NCBI GenBank assembly: GCA_051652765.1
Contig: JBOFUV010000027.1
Coordinates: 1-46,529, forward strand
Direction of reading: 5' to 3'
Length of the DNA stretch: 46,529 nt
DNA from: Microcoleaceae cyanobacterium
Lineage (GTDB): Bacteria; Cyanobacteriota; Cyanobacteriia; Cyanobacteriales; Microcoleaceae
The position numbers and the translations under genes were made by a program. The notes beneath the pieces are model-generated. The model did no database searches. It was not told the DNA's origin and saw nothing but the letters and a program-made list of their open reading frames with translations. Shown one piece after another: positions 27,751 through 37,452 of the stretch. Within the stretch, counting starts at the first letter, position 1, and each line of letters starts with the position of its first letter.

Positions 27751-28530
27751 ATGTACCTGACTTGGCTAGATAGCAATTCTTGGTTATTAGAAATCGGTGG
27801 AAAACGCATCTTAATTGACCCTTGGTTAGTTGGGCCGTTAGTGTTTGGCAACCTCCCCTGGTTATTCAAGGGAGAACGGCTCAAACCCCGATCTATTCCT
27901 GAATCCATTGATTTAATCCTGTTATCCCAGGGACTAGAAGATCATGCTCACCCCCCCACGTTGAAACAACTGGATAAATCAATTCCGGTTGTTGCCTCTC
28001 CCAGCGCTGCAAAAGTTGTCCAGGCATTGGGTTATACCCAGGTTAGAGCCTTAGAACATGGCTCAACTTATACCTGCAATGAGGTTGAGATTAGGGCTGT
28101 TCCAGGTTCTCCTATCGGCCCAACGTTAACTGAGAATGGTTATCTCCTTCAAGAAGTGGGGACAGGGTTCAAGGTGTATTACGAACCCCATGGGTTTCAT
28201 TCAGAAACCCTCAAGAATTTTGTGCCCATTGAGGTTGTGATCACACCCATTATTGACTTGGCTTTGCCCCTAGTGGGTGCTATTATCAAAGGCCAAGAAT
28301 CAGCGCTACAGCTTGCCCAATGGGTAAAACCCCAAGTGATTTTGCCTACTGCGGCAGGAGGGGAGATCAAGTTTGAAGGGGTATTACTGTCTCTCCTGAA
28401 AGCTGTGGGTAGCATTGAGGATTTTCGTTCACTCTTGGCCCGTCACAATCTTTCTGCTCGCGTTCTCGATCCGATCCCAGGGGAACGATTTGAACTCACC
28501 TTGGAACATCGAGAAATTGGAGTTTCCTAA
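27751..28530 (+). CDS. MBL-fold metallo-hydrolase (cyanobacterial/plant type)
   Basis: TWLDSNSWL, ILIDPWL, LSQGLEDHAH, ENGY, YYEPHG. Confidence 0.82.
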   Translation: MYLTWLDSNSWLLEIGGKRILIDPWLVGPLVFGNLPWLFKGERLKPRSIPESIDLILLSQGLEDHAHPPTLKQLDKSIPVVASPSAAKVVQALGYTQVRALEHGSTYTCNEVEIRAVPGSPIGPTLTENGYLLQEVGTGFKVYYEPHGFHSETLKNFVPIEVVITPIIDLALPLVGAIIKGQESALQLAQWVKPQVILPTAAGGEIKFEGVLLSLLKAVGSIEDFRSLLARHNLSARVLDPIPGERFELTLEHREIGVS

Positions 28531-28548
28531 CTTTCTTCTGGGAACTCT

Positions 28549-29451
28549 TTACGGATTGCTAATCTTAAAATCCTGTGAACCGGTATAGCCGGACAACTTA
28601 GCCAGGGTTTCTAATTTTTGAATCCCAGAATAAAATTGTCCTTTAACTTCCCAGGTTGGGTAGCCCTTAATGTTCGCTGCTGTACAAAGGTCAGGCTGAG
28701 GATTTTCACCATTGGGATCGCACTCAATATAGGGCATTTTCTCAACCGCTTCTGCACCAAATAACTCCTTTTGAGTTTTGCAATGGCTACACCAATAAGC
28801 GCCATACATCTTGGCTCCAGCACCTGTTAAGTGTTCAGCCAGGGCGACTTGGGCAGAGTTGGAAGCATTAGCACTGGCATTTTCAATTGGTGCGTAGATG
28901 GCCAGGGTGCTGACTAATGTGACCATCCCAACAATTAACCCTGTGAACAGCAATTGACCCCGATCCTCCCACTCTCGACCGATCACCGTCAACACAAATA
29001 AGCTCAGACAACAAATCGCAGAGACCACACAATATAGGCAGAAAGACTGAACTTTAAAGGCCATGATGTACATCAGATAGCTGCTGAAAATTGCCATCGC
29101 AAAGCTACCGATGAATAGCAAGAACCATGACCCTTCTTCCACTTGCTTGCGGAGTTTTTTGCGGGATTCAGGTTGAGACTCAGAATTCAATAACCAAGGA
29201 GCGATCGCCATAATCCCCATGGCACTGTAGGCCAGAAACCCAAACACCGGCAGTGGAACTCCAAAAATTTCAGCATAGGGGCTATTCAGAACCTTGTCAC
29301 ACCCGGCCACCGGACAAGCCGTCTCACCCCCAAACAGCTTAGTCGCCGCCAGATAACCCGTGACCACTGCCCCAAAAGCAGCAATCCCCGCAATCAGAAA
29401 GCGAGATTTACGATGAATCCAAGGGGCTGAACGGGTGCGAAACATGAACAC
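28549..29451 (-). CDS. Vitamin K epoxide reductase - thioredoxin fusion (DsbAB / LTO1-like)
   Basis: Loop C-x4-C (CPVAGC..VL.S.YA), membrane CLYC, C-terminal YGAYWCSHC..QKELFG...YIEC...C...I.GYPTW. Start is GTG 29451 or ATG 29445. Confidence 0.92.
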   Translation of the reverse strand: MFMFRTRSAPWIHRKSRFLIAGIAAFGAVVTGYLAATKLFGGETACPVAGCDKVLNSPYAEIFGVPLPVFGFLAYSAMGIMAIAPWLLNSESQPESRKKLRKQVEEGSWFLLFIGSFAMAIFSSYLMYIMAFKVQSFCLYCVVSAICCLSLFVLTVIGREWEDRGQLLFTGLIVGMVTLVSTLAIYAPIENASANASNSAQVALAEHLTGAGAKMYGAYWCSHCKTQKELFGAEAVEKMPYIECDPNGENPQPDLCTAANIKGYPTWEVKGQFYSGIQKLETLAKLSGYTGSQDFKISNP

Positions 29452-29550
29452 AGTCTCCTATCTCAAATACGAACTAAACTAAGATGAATTCAACTGAGAT
29501 GAATTAAACTGAAAGGCAAGTTCATCACAAGCTGAATATCACCCTGACTC

Positions 29551-29778
29551 ATGAAAACGCTCTACTCAATTTTAACCAGTTTAATTTTAGCGGGTTGGGT
29601 GAGTACCATGGCAATTTTAGCGATCCAAAACGCAACTCCTATTGCTCTCAAGTTTCTAACTTTTCAGTCTATCCAAGTTCCCATCGGACTTGTACTTGCT
29701 TTTAGTGTGAGTTTAGGTGCGATCGCTGGAGCTATATTGCCCTTGCTCTTCTTCTGGAGTGGACAGAGAGAAACCTAG
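29551..29778 (+). CDS. LapA / DUF1049-type small membrane protein
   Basis: 75 aa, two hydrophobic segments around AIQNATPI.L.FL.FQS..VP.GLVL. Confidence 0.75.
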   Translation: MKTLYSILTSLILAGWVSTMAILAIQNATPIALKFLTFQSIQVPIGLVLAFSVSLGAIAGAILPLLFFWSGQRET

Positions 29779-29800
29779 CCAGCCAGAGCCCTAAAACGTT

Positions 29801-30871
29801 CTACAGACGATAGACTTGGCCATCGATCAACAATCGCGTAATCCCCTTTGCTTGGAGGTAAGGGGCAGCTTTTCTCAGCAAGCCTCCAGAGGGAACTTTG
29901 AGCACTCGCTGATTTCGGGCAGAAAAACGACTCGCAACGCGATGATTGTCAAACACAGGTAGAGTCTTTTCCTGAACCTCGTCAGGTGGAATTTGGCCCA
30001 GCTCACCAAACGCCTTCAAGGGACGAACGACTAGCTCTCCCATTCGATCTGTGACTAGATAACACATCTTCGGAAGGGGGGCATCACTCAAAGGCAGAAT
30101 TTGAACCAATGCTCGGCGCGAGGGAGAAATAGTGTGGATAGGTTGCAGGTCTTCTTCGTCCTCGTAGTCTTCTTCTAGATATCCATCTTCATCTTCATCT
30201 CCGTCTTCGTCAAACTCACTAAAGGCCCCATTGAACTCCAACGCAGAAAACCCTTCCTCTACAGGAATCGAATCGCCCTCTTCATCAAACTCACTAAAAG
30301 ATTCATTGAACTCATCGTCGATAGCCTCGTTGATAAAGTCTGGAATCTGATGTTCAACAATCTGGCCAACAGGAGCATACCCTGGTTTCTTTCCAGGAAC
30401 ATCATTTAGACGACGGTTTGAAGGGATGATAGGCTCTAAGGCGCTAGGTTCCAAGTCGGATTCCAGCGCAGATTCTGAGTTCAGAGCATCCAAACTATCT
30501 GTTTCGTCTGACGCGGAGGAGCGACGACGACGACGCTTCAACTCCAGAGAGGAGGGTAACGTAGAGTCTAGGGAACGAGTCTGTTGAACTGGTTCAATAG
30601 ATTTATCAATCGATTTAAACGGCAACTCTTGTTGAAGTTCAAGGTGTTCTGACTCCGGCGGCGATCGCCTGCCTGTCCGATGCAACCGCTGTTTTTGCTG
30701 GGTCAGCGTGTCGTAAATTTCCTTCGAGATTGCACTTTGTAGGACTCGTCGAATGGTTGAACTACTGACCCCATAACGATCAGCCAGAGTAATCGTAGTC
30801 TCTTCTGGGACTTCTTGATAAATTTTGATGATTTCTTGCTTCTCAGCATCAGAGAGTTTTGGGGCTGACAT
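29801..30871 (-). CDS. Conserved cyanobacterial protein: N-terminal HTH, Arg run, acidic disordered linker, compact C-terminal domain
   Basis: KLSDAEKQEI...TLADRYGVSSSTIRRVL (HTH); KRRRRRSS; D/E-rich middle; LPVFDNHRVA.RF...KGITRLLIDGQVY. Confidence 0.8.
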   Translation of the reverse strand: MSAPKLSDAEKQEIIKIYQEVPEETTITLADRYGVSSSTIRRVLQSAISKEIYDTLTQQKQRLHRTGRRSPPESEHLELQQELPFKSIDKSIEPVQQTRSLDSTLPSSLELKRRRRRSSASDETDSLDALNSESALESDLEPSALEPIIPSNRRLNDVPGKKPGYAPVGQIVEHQIPDFINEAIDDEFNESFSEFDEEGDSIPVEEGFSALEFNGAFSEFDEDGDEDEDGYLEEDYEDEEDLQPIHTISPSRRALVQILPLSDAPLPKMCYLVTDRMGELVVRPLKAFGELGQIPPDEVQEKTLPVFDNHRVASRFSARNQRVLKVPSGGLLRKAAPYLQAKGITRLLIDGQVYRL

Positions 30872-30891
30872 TCGATTGATTATTCTCCTAA

Positions 30892-31929
30892 CTAGCTTTT
30901 AGTACTGCTCCGTCTGCTCCGTCTACTTTGTCGAGATCGGGTTGAAATGTCGTACTCTAAGATTGCGCCAACGGCCAACAAAATCCCAGTAAAGACAAAG
31001 AAAACCTCCAATAACCCCCCACTTTCATAGTCTTCACTCGCCCTTGTGTCAGCCCACTTGTAGTACATATCCGCAACGTACAAGGAAAATGCCGCAAACG
31101 CGATCATTCGCCAAGACTGAGAAAAACGCCCTCCCCAAAACGCCAAAATTAATGCCGTTGCAAAAATTAGCAAGAAGACATCGCCAATGATGTAAAACAG
31201 ATTAACGCCAAATGCATAAGGCTCTAGTTTTTTATCCAAAGCCAATACCCAGGCAGGCGCAGAGGTTTCCTCGTCTTCCGCTAAAGAGTCTGAACTCAAC
31301 CCTGGGGTTTCAAGATTTGGAGCTGGACTCTGATCAACGGACTGAGGAATTCCTGAATCAGGCTGCACTTGGACGATTTCAGCGGACTCAGGGGAAGAGC
31401 TAGGGTCACTCAAGAGCCCAAAAACGGAGGGATCAGCCACCCAAATCGCCAAAGCAGTTCCAGCGATCGCCACCCCGGTTAGAGCGGCCCACTGCCAGAG
31501 CTGTAAATTGAGGCGTTTTGAAACAATCGCTGAAACAATTCCCCAGCCCAAAAACAGGTAGCTCAGAATATAAAATATATCTGCTGGAGAAACAGCCGGG
31601 TCTAATCCCCAAATTAGTTCCCAAACTCCAAAGACTACCCCCCCCAGAAAGTAACAGAGTGCGCCCAAGCCAATTCCTAGCCAGACACTCCGTCCACTCA
31701 CCATCTGAGGACTCTGCCAGTTGCGATAACAGACCATGAACGCCATGAAAAACGCACCCAGCTCAAAAATATAGGTTCCAACAGAATACCAAAGGGGCAA
31801 TTCCTCTCCATCTGGAGTCACACTAAACAGTAAAAAAAACAATAAGGAAGCCACCGCCCAAATCATGCCAAAGATTACAAGATTCTGAGCGGACAAAATA
31901 GAAGACCTGGGTTGTGAAGTGCTACTCAT
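30892..31929 (-). CDS. Polytopic membrane protein of unknown function
   Basis: 345 aa, about 8 hydrophobic helices, SPADIFY and GGRFSQSWR motifs, S/P-rich loop. Confidence 0.8.
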   Translation of the reverse strand: MSSTSQPRSSILSAQNLVIFGMIWAVASLLFFLLFSVTPDGEELPLWYSVGTYIFELGAFFMAFMVCYRNWQSPQMVSGRSVWLGIGLGALCYFLGGVVFGVWELIWGLDPAVSPADIFYILSYLFLGWGIVSAIVSKRLNLQLWQWAALTGVAIAGTALAIWVADPSVFGLLSDPSSSPESAEIVQVQPDSGIPQSVDQSPAPNLETPGLSSDSLAEDEETSAPAWVLALDKKLEPYAFGVNLFYIIGDVFLLIFATALILAFWGGRFSQSWRMIAFAAFSLYVADMYYKWADTRASEDYESGGLLEVFFVFTGILLAVGAILEYDISTRSRQSRRSRRSSTKS

Positions 31930-32097
31930 AGCAGTTTAAGATAGCGAGCAATCTACGACTGGAAAACCGAGTGGGGAGAACTTTAGGATTAGAACTTTAA
32001 AAATTAAAAGTTCTAATTGGCTCAACTTCTCTAGTCTAGTTGGTATCTAGACTCCCACATCCAAAAGAAGAAGCTGAAATTCTCAACATTCTTTAAC

Positions 32098-32763
32098 CTA
32101 TATACACCATAAGCTCTTGAACGAAGACTGGTCTAGCCATTCTAGAAAATGACCCCGATCGTCGCTGGACAGCCCCTCTAAAACCTCCCCCAGCCCCTCA
32201 GCAAAACTGGTATTGCCAAAATAACGTTTTCCCAAATGATGTAATTCTTGCAAGAGGGTGCTCAGGTGATTCTCCTGCCAGGGAGGAACCTGCAATGTGT
32301 CGAGGGGATCTACTTTCAAAAGCGCCTTAACCGCCTCAGGGGTCTCAGCTTTGGGAAATTTAGACTTTTGCAATATCTGGGTTAATTCTTTCTCAAAGGA
32401 GGCTGCCTGTCGGTTTCCCAAAAGATCCTCAACGTCGAAATAGACGGCCTGCAAAATCAGCAAACATCCCTTTGTTAAAGTTGGTAGCCTTCTCTCTTCT
32501 TCAGACCCTTCATGAGTGAGTTGATCCGGTCGAACCTTTCCCCAAACACTATATCGTTCTGGCTCTTCGAGCAAGACACAAGCTTTTCCCCGATTATCTG
32601 TCAAATCTCGCCAGAAGGCTCTCGCATCTTCGGCTTGTTGAGCATTGAACATTTTCATCAAGCGAAAAGTCTGTCCCTGATAGGTTAAAATCGGGATTTG
32701 CTGATCCCGACTTGGGTGCTGAACAGTCTTGATCTCAACATCCTGGCGCTTCAGAATAAACAT
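32098..32763 (-). CDS. Npun_F0813-family conserved cyanobacterial protein
   Basis: MFILKRQDVEI...IPILTYQGQTFRL...WRDLTDNRGKACVLLEEP.RYSVWGK; family recognised from memory. Confidence 0.75.
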   Translation of the reverse strand: MFILKRQDVEIKTVQHPSRDQQIPILTYQGQTFRLMKMFNAQQAEDARAFWRDLTDNRGKACVLLEEPERYSVWGKVRPDQLTHEGSEEERRLPTLTKGCLLILQAVYFDVEDLLGNRQAASFEKELTQILQKSKFPKAETPEAVKALLKVDPLDTLQVPPWQENHLSTLLQELHHLGKRYFGNTSFAEGLGEVLEGLSSDDRGHFLEWLDQSSFKSLWCI

Positions 32764-32960
32764 GACGCTACGTACCTAACTCCTGTCAGGGCTGAAGGCT
32801 GTGTATGTAATTGTAGTCCTTGACATCCATCTCCTGCTAGACATACGAATGACCCTCTCATTGTGATGCACATTTGTCGATCTGATGCCTATCTGGATAA
32901 CTTCAGCTTAGAAAGCTCCAGCTTAGAAAGCTCCAGCAATTGTCAGCCAGAACAGCGAAT

Positions 32961-33590
32961 TTATTCAGCCGCAGCCCCTAGAAAAATTTCTGTGACCTGA
33001 TCATTTTGCAACAAAAAAATTAAACCCCCATAAATTGATCCTGCAACAAAATAGTCTGGTGACGATTCTGGTTGTTCTGGTTGTGCAGAAGTATCTCTGC
33101 TCTGGTCTGCACCATAAGCGTTCTGGACTTTGGCATAGGAGTCTCCGATCCCGATTCCACGCTGAGTTTTGAACTGAGAGGGAGAAGTGATTCTAACAGA
33201 AGCAACCGCTTGAGATCCAGTTTTAGTCTCTGCGACCATATCTAGAGTAATTCCTTGCTGGGGATAATGCCAGGATTGATGATACAGGCCATCGGCTCCC
33301 CAAAAAGTCGGTTCATTTTTATGATTTGGCTGTCCCAGCAGAGTCAGAACTTCCTCGGCAGGGAGATTAATGGCTAACTGACCAATGGCTTCCGAATTCA
33401 TCAACTCAAACGGATCAGATGCCATTTGATCCGCTGAATGGCTTGAGATTGATCGATGACTTGGGGCTAAAGGTTGAACAACAGACTGAACGGTTGTTAA
33501 ATCTGCCCACCCCCCAAGCGTCTGCAAGCTCCAACCATTCAGACTTAAACTTGTGCTCAACCCTGTTAGCCAGATCCACAAAAAAGGCAT
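32961..33590 (-). CDS. Hypothetical, probably exported protein
   Basis: Likely ATG 33590 (MPFLWIWLTG..., hydrophobic N-terminus); C-terminal WGADG.YHQ.W.YP..G, T.RGIGIG, GSIYGGLIF...IFLGAAAE. The ORF-track extension to 33722 crosses tandem repeats. Confidence 0.7.
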   Translation of the reverse strand: MPFLWIWLTGLSTSLSLNGWSLQTLGGWADLTTVQSVVQPLAPSHRSISSHSADQMASDPFELMNSEAIGQLAINLPAEEVLTLLGQPNHKNEPTFWGADGLYHQSWHYPQQGITLDMVAETKTGSQAVASVRITSPSQFKTQRGIGIGDSYAKVQNAYGADQSRDTSAQPEQPESSPDYFVAGSIYGGLIFLLQNDQVTEIFLGAAAE

Positions 33591-33812
33591 AGCGTTTTGA
33601 TGGTGCGTTTTAATAGTGCGTTTTAATAGTGCCTCGCGCTCGCATAGGGAAAGGGGAGCAGGAAGCAGGTGTGCTCTATCCTCTTCCCAATCGATTCTTA
33701 AGACCCTGTGCTTGACCCGCAAGATTTAAATACCTAGATGCAAGATTTAAACTTATTTAAACAAGATTTAAATAAGTTTAACACTCAACTGTTAAGCCTC
33801 ATGTGACCTCAA

Positions 33813-36458
33813 TCAGGTCAAAATCGAGCCTCCCATCATCCGTTGATAGCGACGTTCCCATTCAACCTGCAACGCGGGCCAACGGTTTAAGGTTACATCT
33901 TGTTCAAGCACTTGTTCGGCTGCTTCCCGCGCTCGCTCAAGCACAGCTTGATCTTCTACCAAGCTTGCGAGGACAAAGTCTGGCAATCCAGATTGACGAG
34001 TGCCGAGAACCTGCCCTGGCCCCCGCAGTTGCAGATCCATTTCAGCGATGAAAAACCCATCTTGGGACTGTTCCAACACGTTCAATCGTTGCCGTGCCTC
34101 TGGGGTAGAACTGCTGGTCATCAATAGACAGTAAGATTTGTGTTGACCGCGACCGACTCGTCCCCGCAGTTGATGAAGCTGAGACAGACCAAATCGTTCC
34201 GCATTTTCGATCAGCATCACCGTTGCGTTAGGAATATCAACCCCAACTTCCACCACCGTTGTTGAGACGAGAATTTGTGTTGTTTCGGCTCGAAATTGAG
34301 TAATGGCTTCATCTTTTTCGGCACTGGTCATCCGCCCATGCAGTAAGCCCACTTGAAATTCAGGAAAAATTTTAGTTTGAAGCTTTTGATGTTCTTCTAC
34401 GGCGGAACGCAAATCCAACTTTTCCGATTCTTCAACTAAAGGCAACACCACATAAACCTGTCGTCCTTGAGCAATTTCTCGACGAATTAAATCATAGGCT
34501 TGTTGTCGCTGTCGCCCTGTTAAAGCGGTTGTTTGAATCGGTTGCCTACCGGGGGGGAGCTCATCCACTTGACTGACATCTAAATCCCCATGTAAGGTTA
34601 AAGCTAGGGTTCGAGGAATGGGCGTTGCCGTCATCGTTAAAACGTGGGGAGATTCTCCTTTTTGTTGTAGCTTTGCCCGTTGTTCGACCCCAAAGCGGTG
34701 CTGTTCATCAATCACTACTAACCCCAAACGATTGAAATTGACAGTATCCTGAATTAAAGCATGAGTCCCGACAAGAACAGAAAGTTCTCCGGTTTCTAAC
34801 TGAGCATGAATTTGCCGTCGCTTTGTTACTTTTGTCGAACCTGTTAATAGCTCAACGGGAAGGTGTAACAGGTTGAACCAGGAGACGAATTTGCGATAAT
34901 GTTGTTCAGCTAACACTTCCGTTGGAGCCATGAGTGCCGTTTGATATCCAGCTTGAATTGCCGCCAACATTGCAACCACCGCAACGACCGTTTTTCCTGA
35001 TCCCACATCACCTTGAATCAGTCGATTCATAGGTTTAGAAGAATTTAGATCCTTCAAAATTTCTTGCGTTACTCGCTGCTGAGCGTTGGTCAAGTCAAAT
35101 GGCAAAATTTCATCATAAAACTTCTCAATTAACTCTCCCGTAGGGGCTAAAATTGCACTTGTTTCTGCTTGCTTTTGGTTCTGTTTTCGCTGGAGTAATC
35201 CCAGTTGTAAATAGAAAAATTCATCGAAGACTAAGCGATGACGAGCCTGTTCTAAAAGCACTTGACTTTCAGGAAAATGAATATTTTGAATTGCACTTTG
35301 TAGTCCAGTTAATTCATGATGTTGGCGTACACTTTCCGGTAGAGGATCTTGGAGTTGGCTCACTGCAGGTAAGACCGCAGCTACGGCTTTTCTTAATACA
35401 TCCGCTGCCAATCCTTCGGTTAAGGGATAAACGGGCACGACTCGACCTACTTTCATCGAGTCAATCTGTCCTCCAGTGTGGTTCAACACTTCTAGTTCGG
35501 GATTTTCCAGGGTAATGCCATATTTACTCGTTTTGACTAACCCTGAAGCGGCAACAATGGCCCCGGTCGGATAGTTGCGTTTTTGCACATTTTGCCAAGC
35601 CGGAGTGGCATATCGACTGCCCGCAAAGAACCGACTGATTTTGATTTGCCCGGTGTCATCGACCAAGACCAAGTCCAGGATGGTTAATTTTTTATTCCGA
35701 GGACTGCTGAAACAAGTGCACCGCTTAACCCTGGCAATAATCGTAACAGTTTCTCCTGCTGCCAATTCCCGAATCCTCATATGGCGAGCATAGTCAACGT
35801 GATTGCGAGGATAGTAGTACAGCAAATCGTAAACCGTATAAAGCCCTAACTTGGCAAGGCGATCGCTATTTCTTGGCCCTAAAACTTGCTTCAGCGATTG
35901 CTCCAATGATAAATTTTCAGGGGTTTTCTCAGCTAATAAATTCTCGTCGGTTGTCTGATCCGTGACAGGTTCTTTGACAGAGGATTGGATTAAGGGGGAA
36001 TTAACTTGAGAAGAGTTAACTTGAGAAGAATTAACCTGAGAAGAATTAACTTGGGAGGATTTGGATTGAGCAGTTGGATAGACTGAACTAGATTGAGCTG
36101 AACCAGATGGATTGCTGCTGATCGCTTTCTGGCGGCTTTCTTCGACCCTGAGTTTGTGTTCGGTAAAGCGCTGAATCTGGATTAAAAACCGATGAGTTTC
36201 TGTGACCAAATTTTGGCGGGCTACTGAACCCATATCAGGATATTGGTTGAATTCCCGGATCATTTCTTCACAACGATACCGAAATTCTAACGGGACAAAT
36301 TCTAACAGTTGATTCAAGCTCAACTGCAAAAATTCATGGAAGCGATACTGATTGCCCTGAAGGTTGGAAAATCCCCGTTCAGCTTCTACCGCGAGCGCCT
36401 TTTGTAACCTGGGCCAATCAGGATGAAAGGGTTCCATGGTGTTCTGACTCATCCTCAA
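33813..36458 (-). CDS. recG: ATP-dependent DNA helicase RecG
   Basis: YYPR, MNRLIQGDVGSGKT, DEQHRFG, MTATPIPRTL, AERFGLSQLHQLRGRVGRG, DGF.IAE.DL.LRGPG. Start could be 36458, 36452 or 36437; all overlap the upstream gene. Confidence 0.97.
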   Translation of the reverse strand: MRMSQNTMEPFHPDWPRLQKALAVEAERGFSNLQGNQYRFHEFLQLSLNQLLEFVPLEFRYRCEEMIREFNQYPDMGSVARQNLVTETHRFLIQIQRFTEHKLRVEESRQKAISSNPSGSAQSSSVYPTAQSKSSQVNSSQVNSSQVNSSQVNSPLIQSSVKEPVTDQTTDENLLAEKTPENLSLEQSLKQVLGPRNSDRLAKLGLYTVYDLLYYYPRNHVDYARHMRIRELAAGETVTIIARVKRCTCFSSPRNKKLTILDLVLVDDTGQIKISRFFAGSRYATPAWQNVQKRNYPTGAIVAASGLVKTSKYGITLENPELEVLNHTGGQIDSMKVGRVVPVYPLTEGLAADVLRKAVAAVLPAVSQLQDPLPESVRQHHELTGLQSAIQNIHFPESQVLLEQARHRLVFDEFFYLQLGLLQRKQNQKQAETSAILAPTGELIEKFYDEILPFDLTNAQQRVTQEILKDLNSSKPMNRLIQGDVGSGKTVVAVVAMLAAIQAGYQTALMAPTEVLAEQHYRKFVSWFNLLHLPVELLTGSTKVTKRRQIHAQLETGELSVLVGTHALIQDTVNFNRLGLVVIDEQHRFGVEQRAKLQQKGESPHVLTMTATPIPRTLALTLHGDLDVSQVDELPPGRQPIQTTALTGRQRQQAYDLIRREIAQGRQVYVVLPLVEESEKLDLRSAVEEHQKLQTKIFPEFQVGLLHGRMTSAEKDEAITQFRAETTQILVSTTVVEVGVDIPNATVMLIENAERFGLSQLHQLRGRVGRGQHKSYCLLMTSSSTPEARQRLNVLEQSQDGFFIAEMDLQLRGPGQVLGTRQSGLPDFVLASLVEDQAVLERAREAAEQVLEQDVTLNRWPALQVEWERRYQRMMGGSILT
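35998..36057. repeat. 15-bp tandem repeat x4 inside the recG linker (SSQVN x4)
   Basis: gaattaacttgagaa / gagttaacttgagaa / gaattaacctgagaa / gaattaacttgggag. Confidence 0.9.
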
Positions 36459-37320
36459 ACCAACTCGATCGCCATGCGGCTTCTGCCTCTACCACAGCCC
36501 GTTCTCTGAGCCTTCGATGATACTCCCGTCTGAGTTTACTGACCTGCCCAACTAATGTCCGAATTTGGTGTCTTCCGGTCATGACTGGTGCATCCGCAAA
36601 TTCAATTTCGGCCAACCTTAGGTGGATTGCCATAATCCGGGTCATTTTAGAGCTTTGAGGATGATCAGCGTCTTCTGTCTCAATCACAAGATTCAGTAAA
36701 TTGGGCGGGCTAGCGATCGCCTCAGCCGCTTCAGTTTTAGAGACCACCTCCAGAATTTTTTCCGGCAACTTTTGGGGCAGAATTCCAGAACGCTGAATCA
36801 GAAAATTAACATCCCGCGACAACGCTCTTAGCACTTGGGAGATCCCTAAATCCATCTTCTCTTGCCAATTCACCAGACGTTCTGGCAAGCTAGGGGTGTC
36901 TGCAATGAATTCAGACTCCAGCGAAACAGAGTCCAATTCAATGATCTGCTCTGACAAAGCTGCTTCGATTAAAAGATGTTCCTCATTAGCCGGTTCTGGG
37001 TTTTGATCGTTCTCAGTATAGAGCGTGGCCTGAGCTGATGAGAGATTGATCAACTCCCTTAGTTGATGCTGAGCCGCCTGAGCCAAGTGTCGTAGCTCCT
37101 GTTGAAAGGTCTGCCGCGTTGAGAATGACAACTTTAGAAACGACTCTGGATATCCCTGAGTACACAAATGATAAGTGGCCAAGGTCAACTGTTGCCCAAC
37201 CGCCTGCGCCAAAACATCGAGGTATTGAGTATAACTTTGTTCCAAGTCATAGGCGATTTTAGCGATCGCCTCCTCTAGGTCAGTAATATTTTGTTCAATC
37301 TGTCTGATCGATCCCGTCAT
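36418..37320 (-). CDS. Conserved helical cyanobacterial hypothetical protein between tsf and recG
   Basis: 300 aa; YHLCTQGYPE.FL.LS, LRLAEIEFAD, AEAAWRSSW. Confidence 0.82.
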   Translation of the reverse strand: MTGSIRQIEQNITDLEEAIAKIAYDLEQSYTQYLDVLAQAVGQQLTLATYHLCTQGYPESFLKLSFSTRQTFQQELRHLAQAAQHQLRELINLSSAQATLYTENDQNPEPANEEHLLIEAALSEQIIELDSVSLESEFIADTPSLPERLVNWQEKMDLGISQVLRALSRDVNFLIQRSGILPQKLPEKILEVVSKTEAAEAIASPPNLLNLVIETEDADHPQSSKMTRIMAIHLRLAEIEFADAPVMTGRHQIRTLVGQVSKLRREYHRRLRERAVVEAEAAWRSSWFEDESEHHGTLSS

Positions 37321-37372
37321 TGCTGAGTTCTGGCTAAAAGTAAGGTTAGAGATAGGACTGAAGATATAAATA

Positions 37373-37414
37373 ACCCCGACCTTATAAATTTCTCCTGGGA
37401 GACTCGACCGGGGT
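37373..37414 (-). terminator. Stem-loop downstream of tsf (terminator or processing site)
   Basis: Minus strand ACCCCGGTC...GGTCGGGGT 9-bp stem enclosing TCTC-ccag-GAGA, followed by TATTT. Confidence 0.45.
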
Positions 37415-37452
37415 GGACTATTCCTAATTGTAGCGATGAAAACCAGAAAGGT

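Noticed and set aside
29801..30871. Transposase call based on the N-terminal HTH
   Set aside because: No DDE or HUH catalytic motif, terminal inverted repeats or target-site duplication seen.
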